From Selaginella moellendorffii (lineage: Eukaryota; Plantae; Lycopodiophyta), in contig NW_003314267.1 of the NCBI RefSeq assembly GCF_000143415.4, forward strand, positions 703,394 to 767,393: DNA of 64,000 nt, in the 5' to 3' direction. Below the pieces are notes generated by a model. The model was not told where the DNA came from. It searched no databases and saw only the letters and a list, made by a program, of their open reading frames with translations. This document shows, one piece after another, positions 25,058-37,505 of this stretch; the stretch's first letter is position 1; each line of letters begins with the position of its first letter. The position numbers were made by a program, and so were the translations under genes.

Positions 25058-25822
25058 CAGCTTTGATTATCTCTAAACAAAACAAACTCCCATATTGTAA
25101 AATTGGTTTCCCATTCATGGAAAAGCCTCCAAAGAATAAAATCTTTACCATGATCCTCACTTACAAGTCTCCATGCTATTAATGCCAATCAAGAGTGGCA
25201 GTCACACAATCTAAACACATTGAAAATAAGATCCCACTTAGTACCATCTAACCCTATTGTTATGTTGATGTGTAAAATGGCCCATGATGACATGATGCAT
25301 TGCATTTCCCACATAACATTGTCTTTTTCATATGTGGTATAAAAGACTAGTTTCAACAAGTTTTAAGAACTTCCAATTTTTATTAAAAAAAAATTATAGT
25401 ATTTTTAAAATATGACTAGTGCCCACATGTGTGTGCCAAGCCTGCTTCCTCCCTGATTTGGGCTAGGTCTGCCTTTGAAAAGTTTAGTTTAGCATGTCTA
25501 AACCACCACTATGGCAACAAATGTGCGATTATATATGGGAGTATTATATATTTACATATATGCATTTTTTTTTAAATTTTGAGGTGCATGTAAAAATATT
25601 ACATACAATCACTTTTTGATTGCCATATAACCAATTGAAATGTCATTGTATGTATAATATTTTTGTCATGGGATATGACATGCATGCATGGGGCATGACA
25701 ACTCATATTGCCATACAAGATTGATGCCACATCATATTAATAACATGATATCACTATAAATTTAGCAAAGATTTTTTTTCTTCTCATTTTTGGTTTGCTT
25801 AAACAAATCTGGGATTGGGATG

Positions 25823-26082
25823 GTAGTGAATATATATAGAATAGGATATTCTACCATATAACAGTTGTTATTCATTTAGATTAATCTTGTATTTATAAAT
25901 ATGTTTATAATTTATAAACTTTCTTAAACCCTTTCTATTATATTCTTTTTTATTCTATCATCTAATGGTTGATATGCAATAAGATTAATCTTGTGTTTAT
26001 AAATTACAAACATGCTAATAATTATAAACTTTATTTGATAAATAGGATTAATAAGTAATAATAAAACTACTATTAAGAAAAC
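25823..26082 (-). repeat. AT-rich dispersed repeat, inverted copy of 10666-10917
   Basis: See the partner feature at 10666-10917. Confidence 0.75.
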
Positions 26083-28106
26083 CAAGCGTTGCTACATGCA
26101 ACACATAGCTATTTATTATGTCATTAACTGCAGATTTATGATTTTTAATTGTGATCATCTCTCTCTTCCTTTGTGTATGTTTTATTTGCCTCTTATTCCA
26201 CATGACTATGCCTCAGTTCTCATGGCTTGGAGGCATATTTCGATTGCAGCACATACTAATATCAGTATAGTGCTTCAATCACTCTTGCAAGTGCTATTGC
26301 AACTTATTTGCAATGTGACACTTTAATTTAAATAATGATTGACTTGTGTAATGGCAAGTGTGATTGATAGGAGTGTGAAGATTAATATAAATGTTTTTTG
26401 GATGTTTGGGGCATTGAGTGCAATGGTTGTTTTGCAAGTAAGTGGATCTTGTTGTAGCTGAAGTAAAGCATTAGTTCCATTGATTTTCATATTTTTAATC
26501 ACGTGTAAATTTTTAGCATTATAGGGATTTATTGTGCTTGGGCTTACCCTCATCAGAAGAGTGCCTTAAGCATGCAATAATAGTAAGCTCAACCTGTGGC
26601 ATTAAAAAAATGTTTAAAATCCAACTTATGCAATGCAAAACATCACATCTAGAAGCCTTAACCCAAAGTCAATCTGGTGTAGAGTCATGTATATATGGTA
26701 AATACCAATGCATTCCCATGCGTAAAAAAAAGTTGTATTCAAAATACTATTTTGTGAATCACACATGCATTATAACAATGTGCTTTCTTAAATATATTTT
26801 ACACACTTGCACAATTTTTTACTAAGCCACCCACCTCATCCCCTCTTAAGAAGTATACCTCCCCCCAAAATTGCTATCACAAATTATTTTCTTTACACTA
26901 TATTGCAATAATTAAAGTTGGAAGCTTGAATTCACTTTTTAATATGAAAATGAAAAACCTAAAACTTGATGTGTCTATATAATCACTACATAAATTGTTT
27001 GGTTGGCAAAGTTTTTACTGATCCACATATTATCAATAATCTCTTGCTAGATCTCTAAGACATCATCCAAATCCATGCAATTATTCTTGTGCATGGCAAA
27101 GTATTAAGCCTGGAGGAAATGCCTTTTAAACTACAAATCACTTCATGATATCCTCACAACCCAAATCTTCACCATTCCCACCAACTTACCATTGTCCATA
27201 CCAAGTAGCTTGCACAAGAAGAGTTTGCCTTATTATCCATAAACTATTATAATTAATTGTATGTTCATATCTTGAAATTGCAAGTGGGATGCCAAGTTTG
27301 AGTTGGGGCAAGTAAAGCAATTTAACCTAATGAAAAGCATAGGTATACACGCTTGGGCTTGATTCTCTCTCCCTCCTTGAAATGCTGATATAAAGTTTAT
27401 AGCAGCTCCTCTTGAGTAGAAAATACTATTCACATTAACCCTAGCTCACTTAAGATTGAATATTGTTCTGGAGTTGGCAATTTTGTTTACTGTCCCACTA
27501 CCAAAAAATGCCATTTGCTCTTTTGCATGGCTTGTAGTTTGTCCATTGTTCTGGGTTAACTCAACTTGAGTGTTTGATTTCCCTCTTGTGAGAATTTTAG
27601 AGAAAAATGCTTATGATCACAGTTGAAAATGTTGATTAGACTCTTGAAATCATCTGTAGTTACTTAGAATTCCAGTACTAAAATTGAAATTGATAAGAAG
27701 TAAAGCAAAACAAATTTGTGGACATCAAAAAAAAAAAAAACAAAACAAAATATCACCATGTAACACCCTAGGCTACCTAGGTCATGCAAGACAAAATTTA
27801 TGATCATGATGAATTTGAATGATTTTAGATTCAAATAAACATTTTTAAACAAAATTCATGTTCACCTAGGTCATGCAAAACAAAATTCCTTACACTTAGA
27901 AATTTTTGCTTGCCAATACTTTCAGCTAGTACGTTGAGCTCTCACGTATGAGGTTGGCCCCCAACCACACACCCTAATTTACCATGTTTTCTTGTTTCCT
28001 TTGCTACACAAACTTTAACGTGGCAAAAGAAAATGAAATTCAATAGGAATAAGAAGGAAGCACAATGGACATGCAATGTGCAAGACAAATTAAAATATTC
28101 TAGCAA

Positions 28107-29189
28107 TTACCCCTCCATACCATGGGTTGCGGTGGGCTCTAGGGTTAGGTTATGCTCTTCCTCCTCCACGGCCCGGAGAGCTCGCTGGAGCAGGGCCACA
28201 GCGTGATCGATCTCCCCTAACGATTCGTAGATGCCAGCAGCCTCGACGAGGCCGCTAACAAGCGCATCTGCCGGCTCGCTCGTCCTGTCGTAAATTCGCG
28301 ACGCTCTCTCGCAGAAGATCCGCGCGGCGCCCACATTCCCTAGCTTCAAGCGGAGATCCGCGAGACTGAGGTAGACGGATCCCACTGCAGCGTGGCCCTC
28401 GCCCTCGATCCTCGTGAAGATTTCCAGCGCCGTGTGGTAAGCGATGTCCGCGTCCTTGAACCGGCCCAGCGACGCGAGTGTGTCGCCAATGCAGGCCTGG
28501 ATTGATGCCCAGTCCAGGCGCGATTGGGAAGGGTCAATGATCGAGGCTGCCCTTTGGAGATCCCTTAGCGCGGATTTGTGGTCGCCCCTTGCGCTAGCGA
28601 TGAGCGCCATGAGATTCCTATCGCTAAATTCCTCTTCTCTTAGGAACAAGTCGCTGCTCCTCTCGTGGATTTTGAGGAGCTCCTTGGACACCTCCTCGGC
28701 TCTCTCAAGCTCCATTGCCTGTGATCAGCAGGGAATTGTCACAAAACAAGAGTCTTTCTTTTAGCATACCTGGAGGTGTGATCTCGCCAAGAACCGGCAA
28801 GTTTCGGCGACGACGCGATCGAGATGGGCCTGCTTAGCAAAGTGGTAGCCTGTGATTGACCCTTGCTCGCTGCTCATGAGCGAGAAACCATCGCCTAAGA
28901 TCGAGGATCCAGGAGCTACTTGATCTTGGCAATCGCCCACTTCCACTGCCAGGCAACGATTGAGAGCTTTGATGGCCTCCGCGAACTCGCCCGGCTTGCA
29001 ATGAGCGTCGGCCAGTGCTTGGTGGCTCAAGACGAGCTCCACACCATAGCTTTTGTCCGATATCTTCGCATCCTCGCTCTGGAGCCTCTGGAAAAAAATC
29101 ACCGCTTGCGACGATTTAGCGAGCTTGAGGCTGTTGGTTTTCCCCAGGTTCAAGCCTCGCCTCCTCACACTCTTGGATGCCGCGCTCAT
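28107..29189 (-). CDS. TPR protein (kinesin light chain-related-like), two exons, possibly C-terminally truncated
   Basis: Exons 29189-28770 and 28718-28107 are joined by a 51-bp GT-AG intron. KLC-type TPRs (IGDTLASLGRFKDADIAY, GEGHAAVGSVYLSLADL). Confidence 0.78.
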
Positions 29190-29998
29190 AGCTTCAGTCC
29201 TATCCAGAAGAAAAGATCGAAAACAAAATCTGTTCTACGGACTTGTCGCTTGCTAGATCGACTTAGGTAGATCACATCGCTTGGAGATCAAGAAAACTCC
29301 ACGAAGATCATCCAGGAAACTGGCACCACCGAACTTACACCCGAATCAAGCACCAAAAACAAATCCAGAAACCAACCTCGAGGAGTAAAACTACATCATC
29401 ACATATCGCATCCAACCAGCAATTTGACTTGGCTTCCAAGGATCTGGCACTGGCACACCAAAGTCGAGAGCTATCTCAGCAGATTAAAGATTTCTAGATG
29501 GGTAGGCGTAGACCGCTGTTGCTCTAAAGAGCCAGGCCAGCCAAAGCGTGTTCTTCGTTGACAACGGCACTCAAACTTTAAATATACTTGGCAAAAACGA
29601 TGGAATCGTTCTAACTGACCTTGTCACTGGTTGGGGAGCTTTGCAGGGGACCGTTTCTATTGTGCCGACGAGACGAGTACTCAATCAAGGTGTCCCTTTC
29701 AATGTCTTGATTCCAAAGATTCCCTGTTGATCATATATCTTTGGAGAAACGATCAAAATGGATCTTTGATCTTTTAACCTCTAGATAAATTCTGTAAGTT
29801 TGAAGATCCACACGTCTACTAAGAACTTAGACGTGGCTTGATCATCTTTTTGTTTCTTCTCGTCGTTAGTTTCATGTCTTGGTAAAGATACCATTGTGCA
29901 ATCATGGTATATTCGAATCTAAGTGAATATTCTCATATTGTTAATCAACGGTCAGTTCAGCTGACACAACAAGGAATTAGGGTAAATTAATGTAGGGA

Positions 29999-32626
29999 AT
30001 GGCCTCGGCAGGGGAGAGATCCAGTCCAGCACAGGCCATCGCGCCATGGCACAAGAGTCACTCTGCGGTCCAGTTTGTCGCGGCAATCAAGCGCTGCGGC
30101 AAGTCGCAAGACCTAGAAGCTGGGCAATCGCTGCATCGGCAAGCGCTCTTGGCTGGATTCCACTCCAACAGGTTCGTGGCCGCGGCCCTGATCACAATGT
30201 ATGGCAAATGCCAGTCCATGGCGCTCGCAAAGGGGACCTTCGATGGGATGATCCACGGCGAGCGGGATGTCGTGGCTTGGAATTCTTTGATCTTGGGGTT
30301 TGTGGAGAATGGCGAGAGCTCAGTGGCGATGGAGCTCTTTGGCGAGATGGATTGCGAGCCCAGTTCTCACACGTATGTCGCGGCGATCAAGGCGTGTTCT
30401 TGCCTGGCGGCTCAGCATTTGCGTCTCTCTCTCGAGACAGGGATTGGTATCCACGATCGAGTGAAAGCGCGGGGATTGGACTGCGATTTGGTGGTGGCGA
30501 CGAGCTTGGTGGGTTTGTATGGGAAGTGTGGGAGAATGGATCTGGCGAGAGGAGTTTTTGGTGGGATGATCCAGAGGGACGTGGTGGCCTGGAACTCTAT
30601 GATCTTAGGATATGCCGAGAATGGAGAGGGCTCGAGGGCGTTGGAAGTTTTTGCCGCCATGGATTGTGAGCCGAGCGCTGTGACATTCATGGCTGCGATC
30701 AAGGCTTGCTCGAGCATTCTTTTTTCTTGCAGCGAGGAGGGATCAAAAAGAGGGATTTGTCTCGAGAAAGGGATTGCGATTCACAAGAGGGCCAGTGAGA
30801 AGTTTGGATCCGAGAATTTGGATGTGGCCTTGGCAACTTCGCTGATAGATTTTTACAGCAAGTGTGGAAGTTTGGAACGTGCGAGGGATGTGTTTGATGG
30901 GATGATTTGGAAGAATGTTGCGACTTGGAACTCCATGATCTTTGGATGTATAGAAAATGGACAAAGTTTACTGGCTATGGAGTTATTTGATAGCATGGAT
31001 TGTGTGCCAACTTTTGTCACGTATATTGCGGCTCTCAAGGCGTGCAGCTGTTTGGGCAGTGGTGAAACTGGCTCAAACAAGCAACTTTGGCTTAGAAGAG
31101 GGATTTTGATTCATCGAAGAGTGAGAGAGTGTGGAATGGATTCTTCTATGGCTGTGGCAAACACTTTGGTGGACATGTATTGCAAGTGTGGGAGCTTGGA
31201 ATTTGCTACCAAGATTTTCTACGGAATGACTCAAAGGGATGTTGTTACTTGGAATTGCCTGATTCTGGGATGTGTGGAGAATGCGAGTTACTCCAAAGCT
31301 ATGGATCTGTTCACCAAAATGGACTGTGAGAGAGATTCTATCACTTATGTTGCTGCTTTCAAGGCCTGTGAAGGTTTAGCTTCAGAGAAATTCAATAGAG
31401 ACTTTTATCTCAGAGAAGGGATTTCTCTACACAAGAAAGTGAGCGAACTTGGATTTGATTCTAACTTGGTTGTCCTCACCACCTTGCTGGACATGTATAA
31501 AAGCTGTGGGAACATGCTACTTGCAAGGGAGGTCTTTGATGGTTTGAGGAAGAGAGACGTGGTAACTTGGACTACCATGATCTTGGGATATGTAGAAAGT
31601 GGAGGAAATTTGGAAGCTCTGGAGCTCTTTTCCAGAATGGACTGTGAGCCAGATCCCTATGCTTTTGCTGCTGCTCTCAAGGCTTGTGAAGGCTTTTCCC
31701 GCAGAGAAGAATGCCTTGACAAAGTGGTGACTATTCACAAACAAGCTGAGCGCTGTGGACTACAATCCAACACTGTTGTGGCAACTTCACTTGTGAGTGT
31801 GTATTCCAAGTGTGGAAAGATGGAAATTGCCAGGCTTGTTTTTGATGAAATGATCCAGAGGGATGTCCTGGCTTGGACCTCTCTTATACTTGGATATGCA
31901 AAGAATGGCCAGAGTCTGATAGCTCTAGAACTGTTTGCTACCATGAACTGTGAACCAGACCCTCTAACTTATGCTGCCTCACTGGAAGCTTGTGGGAATC
32001 TAGCCATGGCTGGATTGGCAGCTGGGAAATATATCCATGCTAGAACTTGCAAGCTTGGACTAGAAGAAGATAATGTAATTTCTGCTAGCTTGATGAACTT
32101 CTATGCAAAGTGTGGCAGCATCTCTAAAGCTCAAGAACTATTTGACAGTGTAAAGTCTCCAAATCTAGTGCTTTGGAACACTTTGATAGCGGGATATAGC
32201 TCGGCTGGAGACCCTTTCCGGGTCCTTCATCTGGCAAGAGAAATGAAAGACGCTGGCGTTGGAATGGATGGAATCACATTGGTTTCTATCCTCACAACTT
32301 GTAGCCATGCCGGTTTGCTCGAGCAAGGAGCTCTGTGCTTCGAATCAATGGTGAAGTGTGGGGTTGAAACGAGCGTGGAGCACTATAGTTGCTTGGTTGA
32401 TATGTTTGGAAGAGCAAACCGGCTGGAAGAAGCGCTAACTCTAATCCAAACCATGCCAATGGAAGCGAGTGGTAGTATGTGGAGAAGTTTGCTAGGGGCG
32501 TGTAGAAACTGGAAGAACGTAAAGGTTGGCGAGGTTGCATTTCAAGCGCTGGTCAGTGACGGAGAAACTAAATCGGCCGACTACGTTTTGATGAGTGATC
32601 TCTATGCAAGCTCGAGCATTACGTAG
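29999..32626 (+). CDS. PLS-class PPR protein with a partial E domain
   Basis: 875-aa ORF with about seven MYxKCG repeat units. It ends EHYSCLVDMFGRAN...MWRSLLGACR...YVLMSDLYA with no DYW. Confidence 0.95.
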   Translation: MASAGERSSPAQAIAPWHKSHSAVQFVAAIKRCGKSQDLEAGQSLHRQALLAGFHSNRFVAAALITMYGKCQSMALAKGTFDGMIHGERDVVAWNSLILGFVENGESSVAMELFGEMDCEPSSHTYVAAIKACSCLAAQHLRLSLETGIGIHDRVKARGLDCDLVVATSLVGLYGKCGRMDLARGVFGGMIQRDVVAWNSMILGYAENGEGSRALEVFAAMDCEPSAVTFMAAIKACSSILFSCSEEGSKRGICLEKGIAIHKRASEKFGSENLDVALATSLIDFYSKCGSLERARDVFDGMIWKNVATWNSMIFGCIENGQSLLAMELFDSMDCVPTFVTYIAALKACSCLGSGETGSNKQLWLRRGILIHRRVRECGMDSSMAVANTLVDMYCKCGSLEFATKIFYGMTQRDVVTWNCLILGCVENASYSKAMDLFTKMDCERDSITYVAAFKACEGLASEKFNRDFYLREGISLHKKVSELGFDSNLVVLTTLLDMYKSCGNMLLAREVFDGLRKRDVVTWTTMILGYVESGGNLEALELFSRMDCEPDPYAFAAALKACEGFSRREECLDKVVTIHKQAERCGLQSNTVVATSLVSVYSKCGKMEIARLVFDEMIQRDVLAWTSLILGYAKNGQSLIALELFATMNCEPDPLTYAASLEACGNLAMAGLAAGKYIHARTCKLGLEEDNVISASLMNFYAKCGSISKAQELFDSVKSPNLVLWNTLIAGYSSAGDPFRVLHLAREMKDAGVGMDGITLVSILTTCSHAGLLEQGALCFESMVKCGVETSVEHYSCLVDMFGRANRLEEALTLIQTMPMEASGSMWRSLLGACRNWKNVKVGEVAFQALVSDGETKSADYVLMSDLYASSSIT

Positions 32627-32722
32627 CTATGGCTACCATGAAAGAAGAAATATCTTTGCTGGAAAGATAACAATTAAAGTTAAGGTTTGACGAGGGGTTT
32701 GATATCTTCCTTCTTGTGGGCG

Positions 32723-34917
32723 ATGGAGCTCCTTGCGCCTCCAAGCCTCGTGGGTTTTCGTGGAGTGGCTTGGAAATGTGGAGCGAAGCCGAGAAGATTG
32801 CTACCAAGGACGGTATGGCTATGCAGGGCGTCTATCGCGGACGAGGAACGCCTGGATGCCGCGAGAGACATGACAAAGTGGCTACAAGAACAAGGATTTC
32901 CACAACAGGTTCTCCAATTTACTCTTTGGTTTCTTTGGAACGAATCGAGATTTGCAGCCACTTCTCGTTTCGTCTTTCGAAGACAAGGGACTTGGGTGTT
33001 GTGCTACTCGTGATCTACAGGTAAATGCGGATAGAATTGCGTAGAAAATCTCATTTTTCTTGGTTTTTTTGCTGTAGGCTGGCGATGCTGCATTGTCTAT
33101 CCCCGAGAACTTTACCGTCACGGCTGTAGATGTTGCGAACCATCCCGTTATCTCGAGTGCGGCCGAAGGTTGGTTTTTTCCTCTTTCTTCTTTCTTAAGC
33201 TTAAAATCTGACTCCTCACAGTGTGTTTGCAATGCTAGGAAGAGACGAACTCGTCGGGCTTGCACTATGGCTTATGTATGAGCAGGAAAGATCGCAAGAC
33301 TCGCCATGGTATCCATACTTGAAAGTTTTTCCAGCCTCGACTTTGAGTCCTTTGCTATGGGAACAAGAGGAACAAGAGGAGCTCTTACGTGGTTCTTCCG
33401 CTCTAGGTACGTCTTACAGCCTTTTTCTTCTATCCAGTGTTTTCAACCGTGTTTTTCTCAGCAAAAGTCAAGGACCAGCTCACATCTTTGCGGCAAACCT
33501 TTGATGCGTTGAAGGATACTCTCAAAGACAACAAAGTATGTCTTTCTTTGTGCTTCTCTATTGGTGAAACTTTGCTTGTTCTTTTGCTCTACAGGATTTT
33601 CCCATGGAGAAATTTACGTTCAGTGCGTTCAAGGCAGCATTCTCGGTTGTTTTATCACGAGCAGTGTACTTGCCTTCGGCAGAGCTATTTGCTCTGGTAA
33701 GTGGATTCTTCTTGTCTTTCGTTTTTACGATCCAGACTTTGCAGGTTCCGTTTGGAGATTTGATCAATCACGAGTCGTCACGATCTTTGCTAGACTACGA
33801 CATCGAAGAGCAAAAGGTTAAAGCCCTCGGTACGCTCTTTTGGCTTGAATAGTTTTTCTGTTTAACAGGTGAAGCTGGCCGTGGACAAAAGGTACAAGAA
33901 AGGAGATCAAGTTTTTGCCTCGTATGCACAAAACTTGACCAGCGCAGATTTTCTCATAAGGTGTTCGATCTTGTTTCTCTGATTTTTACCATGCTTGAAA
34001 CTAAAGTTTTTCGTCAGGTATGGTTTTCTTGACGAGAGTGACGAGAACGATTTCATCGAGATAGAGGTACTTTCGACCTTTCTATGCGAACTTGCGCAAA
34101 GTTTTTCTCATTTTCCAGGTTGGTTTAGTAAGTGGCGATTCTCTAGCCCCACTCAAGCGCGAAATCTTGCAAGAAGTTGGCCTCACTGTTCCTCAAAAAT
34201 TTCCCGTGTACCTTAATCGATTTCCAACACAGGTAGCACCACTGTTGTTTGCTTTTAATGTATTCACGGTCATGGGCTTTGTAGCTCTTGACATATACAA
34301 GGTTAGCAAGGATACAAGACTCGGGGCTCTTCGCCAAAATCACCTTTGAGAAAGATCTAATCGTTTGTCAGGTAACAAACGATTCGTCTTTTTATTTCTT
34401 TCGTTGGCGCTGGAAGCTTTTGATAAAACTTTGGCAGACAAACGAGTACGAGACGCTGATGCTGCTAATGGCCGACTGCCGTACAAAGCTTTTGAGCTTC
34501 AGCGATACCATGGAGGACGACATGCAGACGCTCAAGCGAAAGGTAAGAATCTTACTTCTTTTTCTAGTGCTCCATCTCTTGCGTTGCTTTGGAACGATAT
34601 CTGACTTTTGATGTTATAGAACCTCTCGTACAAGCAAAGAGTGGCAGCGCAGCTTCGATTGAAAGAGAAAAGGATCCTGACCGACACAATGTCCGCGCTG
34701 AGGAACAGATTGGCTCCGATCAGAGGAATTCCCACAAAGTCTGGAAACCTCAAGGTACAAAGTTTTTCTTTTTTCCCCCTGGGGATCTTAGCGATGGTTT
34801 TTTCTCCAGGATCCAAACTCCGACATTCGAGAGATGTTTGATATGGTAGAGCAGGTTGCTTCGGCTCCGCGAAAGTTTCTCGCAAGCATTCTCGAGCACA
34901 AAGATAGCAACAAATAG
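32723..34917 (+). CDS. Plastid SET-domain lysine methyltransferase (Rubisco LSMT-like), multi-exon
   Basis: Transit peptide, GLGCCATRDL, LALWLMYEQ..SPWYPYL, LVPFGDLINH, YGF, and an LSMT substrate-binding region ending RNRLAPIRGIPTK...DPNSDIREMFD. Confidence 0.88.
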
Positions 34918-35179
34918 AGAGAAGGAACAAAAAAGGAAGTGCTACGTCATTTTCCTGAATGGGCTTTTGTTCTATTCCTGTACTTATTTTAAAGTATCAA
35001 AGAAAAAAAGAAGAAATTCTTGGGTTGGATCCAAGTTTCTAGAGCCATTTTCTCTTGCTGGAACCTACACGCGGAAGATCACAAATAAATAATCTGAATT
35101 AATTGATAGTTTTGATTTTTTTGATTTTATTTATTAATTTGTAAGGCTATTCCTATATCCCGAGCACTCACAAATTAAT

Positions 35180-35745
35180 TCAAAATTTAGTGGAGGGAAG
35201 TTGTGAATGAGACCATCTCCAAAGGGCTTCCGCAATGGTATTGCTGGATGATATTGGACAGAGAAAGAACAATGCGGCGGGCTTCACCAAAGGATTCCTC
35301 TGTGGAACAAGCACGAAATCATACGTGTGGTTCTTCGCACTGAATGGATTTGGGTATGGGATGTTGTTGCTAGTGTTGGAAGGAGCCACATAAGGCTCTA
35401 GAATGCTTCCGTTCACGGGTCCTGCAATGGCATCCAGCAGAGATGAGCTTCACAATCTAAGATCATATAAAATATACTTCACCCGAGCTGCCTGCTGGTA
35501 TGTTTGCAATCCAGAAGTTGATGTAGGGATAAGTGGCAAATGGGCTTTTTGATCCGCCATCACCACGGAAAAGAGACGAACGCTACCATTCCCTGGATAT
35601 CAACTGTGGGAGCCAAGTCAGTGTCACTAACGGGAATGAAATTGCCATCGACTGTGGTAGAACCATAGTGCACGAGAAGACCCACTGTAACTTGAGCCAG
35701 CAAGCAGCAGTAGAGAACAAAAGAAAAGACAATGGACGTTGCCAT
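35180..35745 (-). pseudogene. Secreted PEBP-like protein, apparently doubly frameshifted
   Basis: Signal peptide, LLVHYGSTTVDGNFIP..APTVDI, (shift) RLFSVVMADQK, (shift) YINFWIANIP, intron, GSILEPYVAP...HTYDFVLVPQ. This is the PEBP motif order. Confidence 0.6.
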
Positions 35746-36051
35746 TAGAAAATGTATGGATTGATTTGATATTTGCTTTGGTGCATTTTTCTTGGGGTTT
35801 TACACAAGGCCAGATGGCTAAAATCGTGCCATGCCTTCGTCCAAAATATATATATGCCAGCTGTCTAGAATAACTGGAATTGTGTGGCAGAAAAATGGAT
35901 AAGTTCTAAAAAGAGCTCAACCAGAAAAGAAAAAAAGGAGGAAAATTTGCTGGAAATAAAGAACTTAAAACAAACAGGAACTTTGGAGATAACTTGCATT
36001 TCGGTGAAGGATTATATATGTGGAAGCTTAGTCTATGAAATTTACGAGAAT

Positions 36052-36059
36052 TAGGGTTT
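36052..36059 (-). promoter_or_regulatory. Telo-box (AAACCCTA) just upstream of CGI121
   Basis: TAGGGTTT lies 6 bp before ATG 36066. Telo-boxes are typical of plant translation-related genes. Confidence 0.5.
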
Positions 36060-36065
36060 ATCGCA

Positions 36066-36589
36066 ATGGAGGTGCCGCTAGGCGGCGGTCGGGCGCTGCG
36101 CTTCTTTCTCTTCGATGGCGTGAGCAACAGCGGGTAAGGCGCCCTTGCTAGATTCGCTCTTGATTTCCATTGGAATCTTTCCAGTGAGCTGCTGGCCTCG
36201 CTTCAAGCCGGGACACTCTCTCCCGAGGTTGCGCTCTTCAATGCATCGCTGGTATTATTTCTCTTTGGTTTCCAAGAGAACTTCCATTGCGTTTTCGCTG
36301 CTCTTGTAGGTGCCGGATTTGTTTCCGGTGCTTGCGTCGGCACACCGGACGCTCTTGTCGCAGTCGCGAGGTAATCTCGTCACGCGAACTCTACACTCGG
36401 AGCTCGTTTACAACTTTTCTGGATCGAAGCACGTAAGTTCTGGTGTTCTTTCAAGAGTTTCTTAGTTTATAGTTCTACTCTTTTTTTTTCTTCTTTGTTT
36501 CTAGATCACGGAATCACTGCGAAGGTGTGGAATTTCAAGCGATACCAGCTACGTTCTAGTTGCTCAGTTCGACTGTCCTGCTGAAAAGG

Positions 36590-36629
<40 letters not shown>

Positions 36630-36889
36630 GAGTTATACAACGATCGTTTTCTCACGCAGGAGAATGAAGTGAGGAAGCTCATCCAAGGACGAGAAATAAG
36701 CTTGGAGGAACTGGCAAAGCGAGCAGACACGGCTCTCATCCAAAAGGTAGAAACAGCTCTAGCATTTTCCTTTCTGACTTGTTCTTTGTTATATGCATGC
36801 AGCATTTCAAGGTTCCACCGCTGGAGTTGGAAATCTCCTCCTTGACCGACGCCGTGACATCCCGCATTGCAGCTCGGGATGCACTCTAA
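36066..36889 (+). CDS. CGI121: EKC/KEOPS complex subunit CGI121/TPRKB, six exons (absent from the ORF track)
   Basis: The spliced product includes LFDGVSNS, TRTLHSELVYNFSGSKHITESLRRCGIS and the C-terminus SLTDAVTSRIAARDAL*. Confidence 0.92.
36593..36627. repeat. (CT)n microsatellite in a CGI121 intron
   Basis: About 17 CT units. Confidence 0.95.
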
Positions 36890-37505
36890 TCTAGGTGTAA
36901 GATTTTCCTAAGTAAAGGAAGCATTTTGCGTGTTGGTCCGCTGATGAAATGGTTTTAAGCTCGTGATCCTGGCCAGTTCTTTTCAGCGATTTTCCACAGG
37001 TACAATCTGACACCAAGCGCCAGGTTTGCCTGAAAATTCTTTCCAGATGCATTAACAAAGCATCAGGCTTCGTTCTTATAGAAGGTTTTTCATCCAAGGT
37101 AAGCAAGCACTCCCTCACTCTCCTAGCTAGTTATGCCTTTTCGAGATAACAGGATCCAAATTCCGACATGTTTGACATGGTTGAACTAGAAAATAGAAAG
37201 CTACGTCATAAGCATTTTGATCAAGTCGGTTCCATTGCTCTTTTCTTTTCTTTTCTTTTTATTTTGCGTATCTCATATTTTTTATCCCAGGAAGTCAGAA
37301 GTTTGGGAGAAGTTTCCAAAACAGGCGCCCCCTAAATCCGTGCAACTGTACAAAATCTCTCGTGCACGCTCGACCGAAGATCCCGAAAGAGTTGAAACGA
37401 GTTGACGTATAAAGCGCAGTGCTCGAAAGCTCGTCGCTCTTCTCCCGCGGAGCAGCAAAAGATAAGCGCAGAAAAACTCTTTTTTCTTCTTGTTCCATCG
37501 TTTCA

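Noticed and set aside
26100-27900. Possible DNA transposon relic
   Set aside because: No transposase motif or termini could be supported; only a short direct repeat near 27776 and 27865.
29806-29843. Small hairpin (ACGTCTA...TAGACGT)
   Set aside because: The stem is too short to distinguish from chance, and there is no Helitron-type end or miRNA-length arm.
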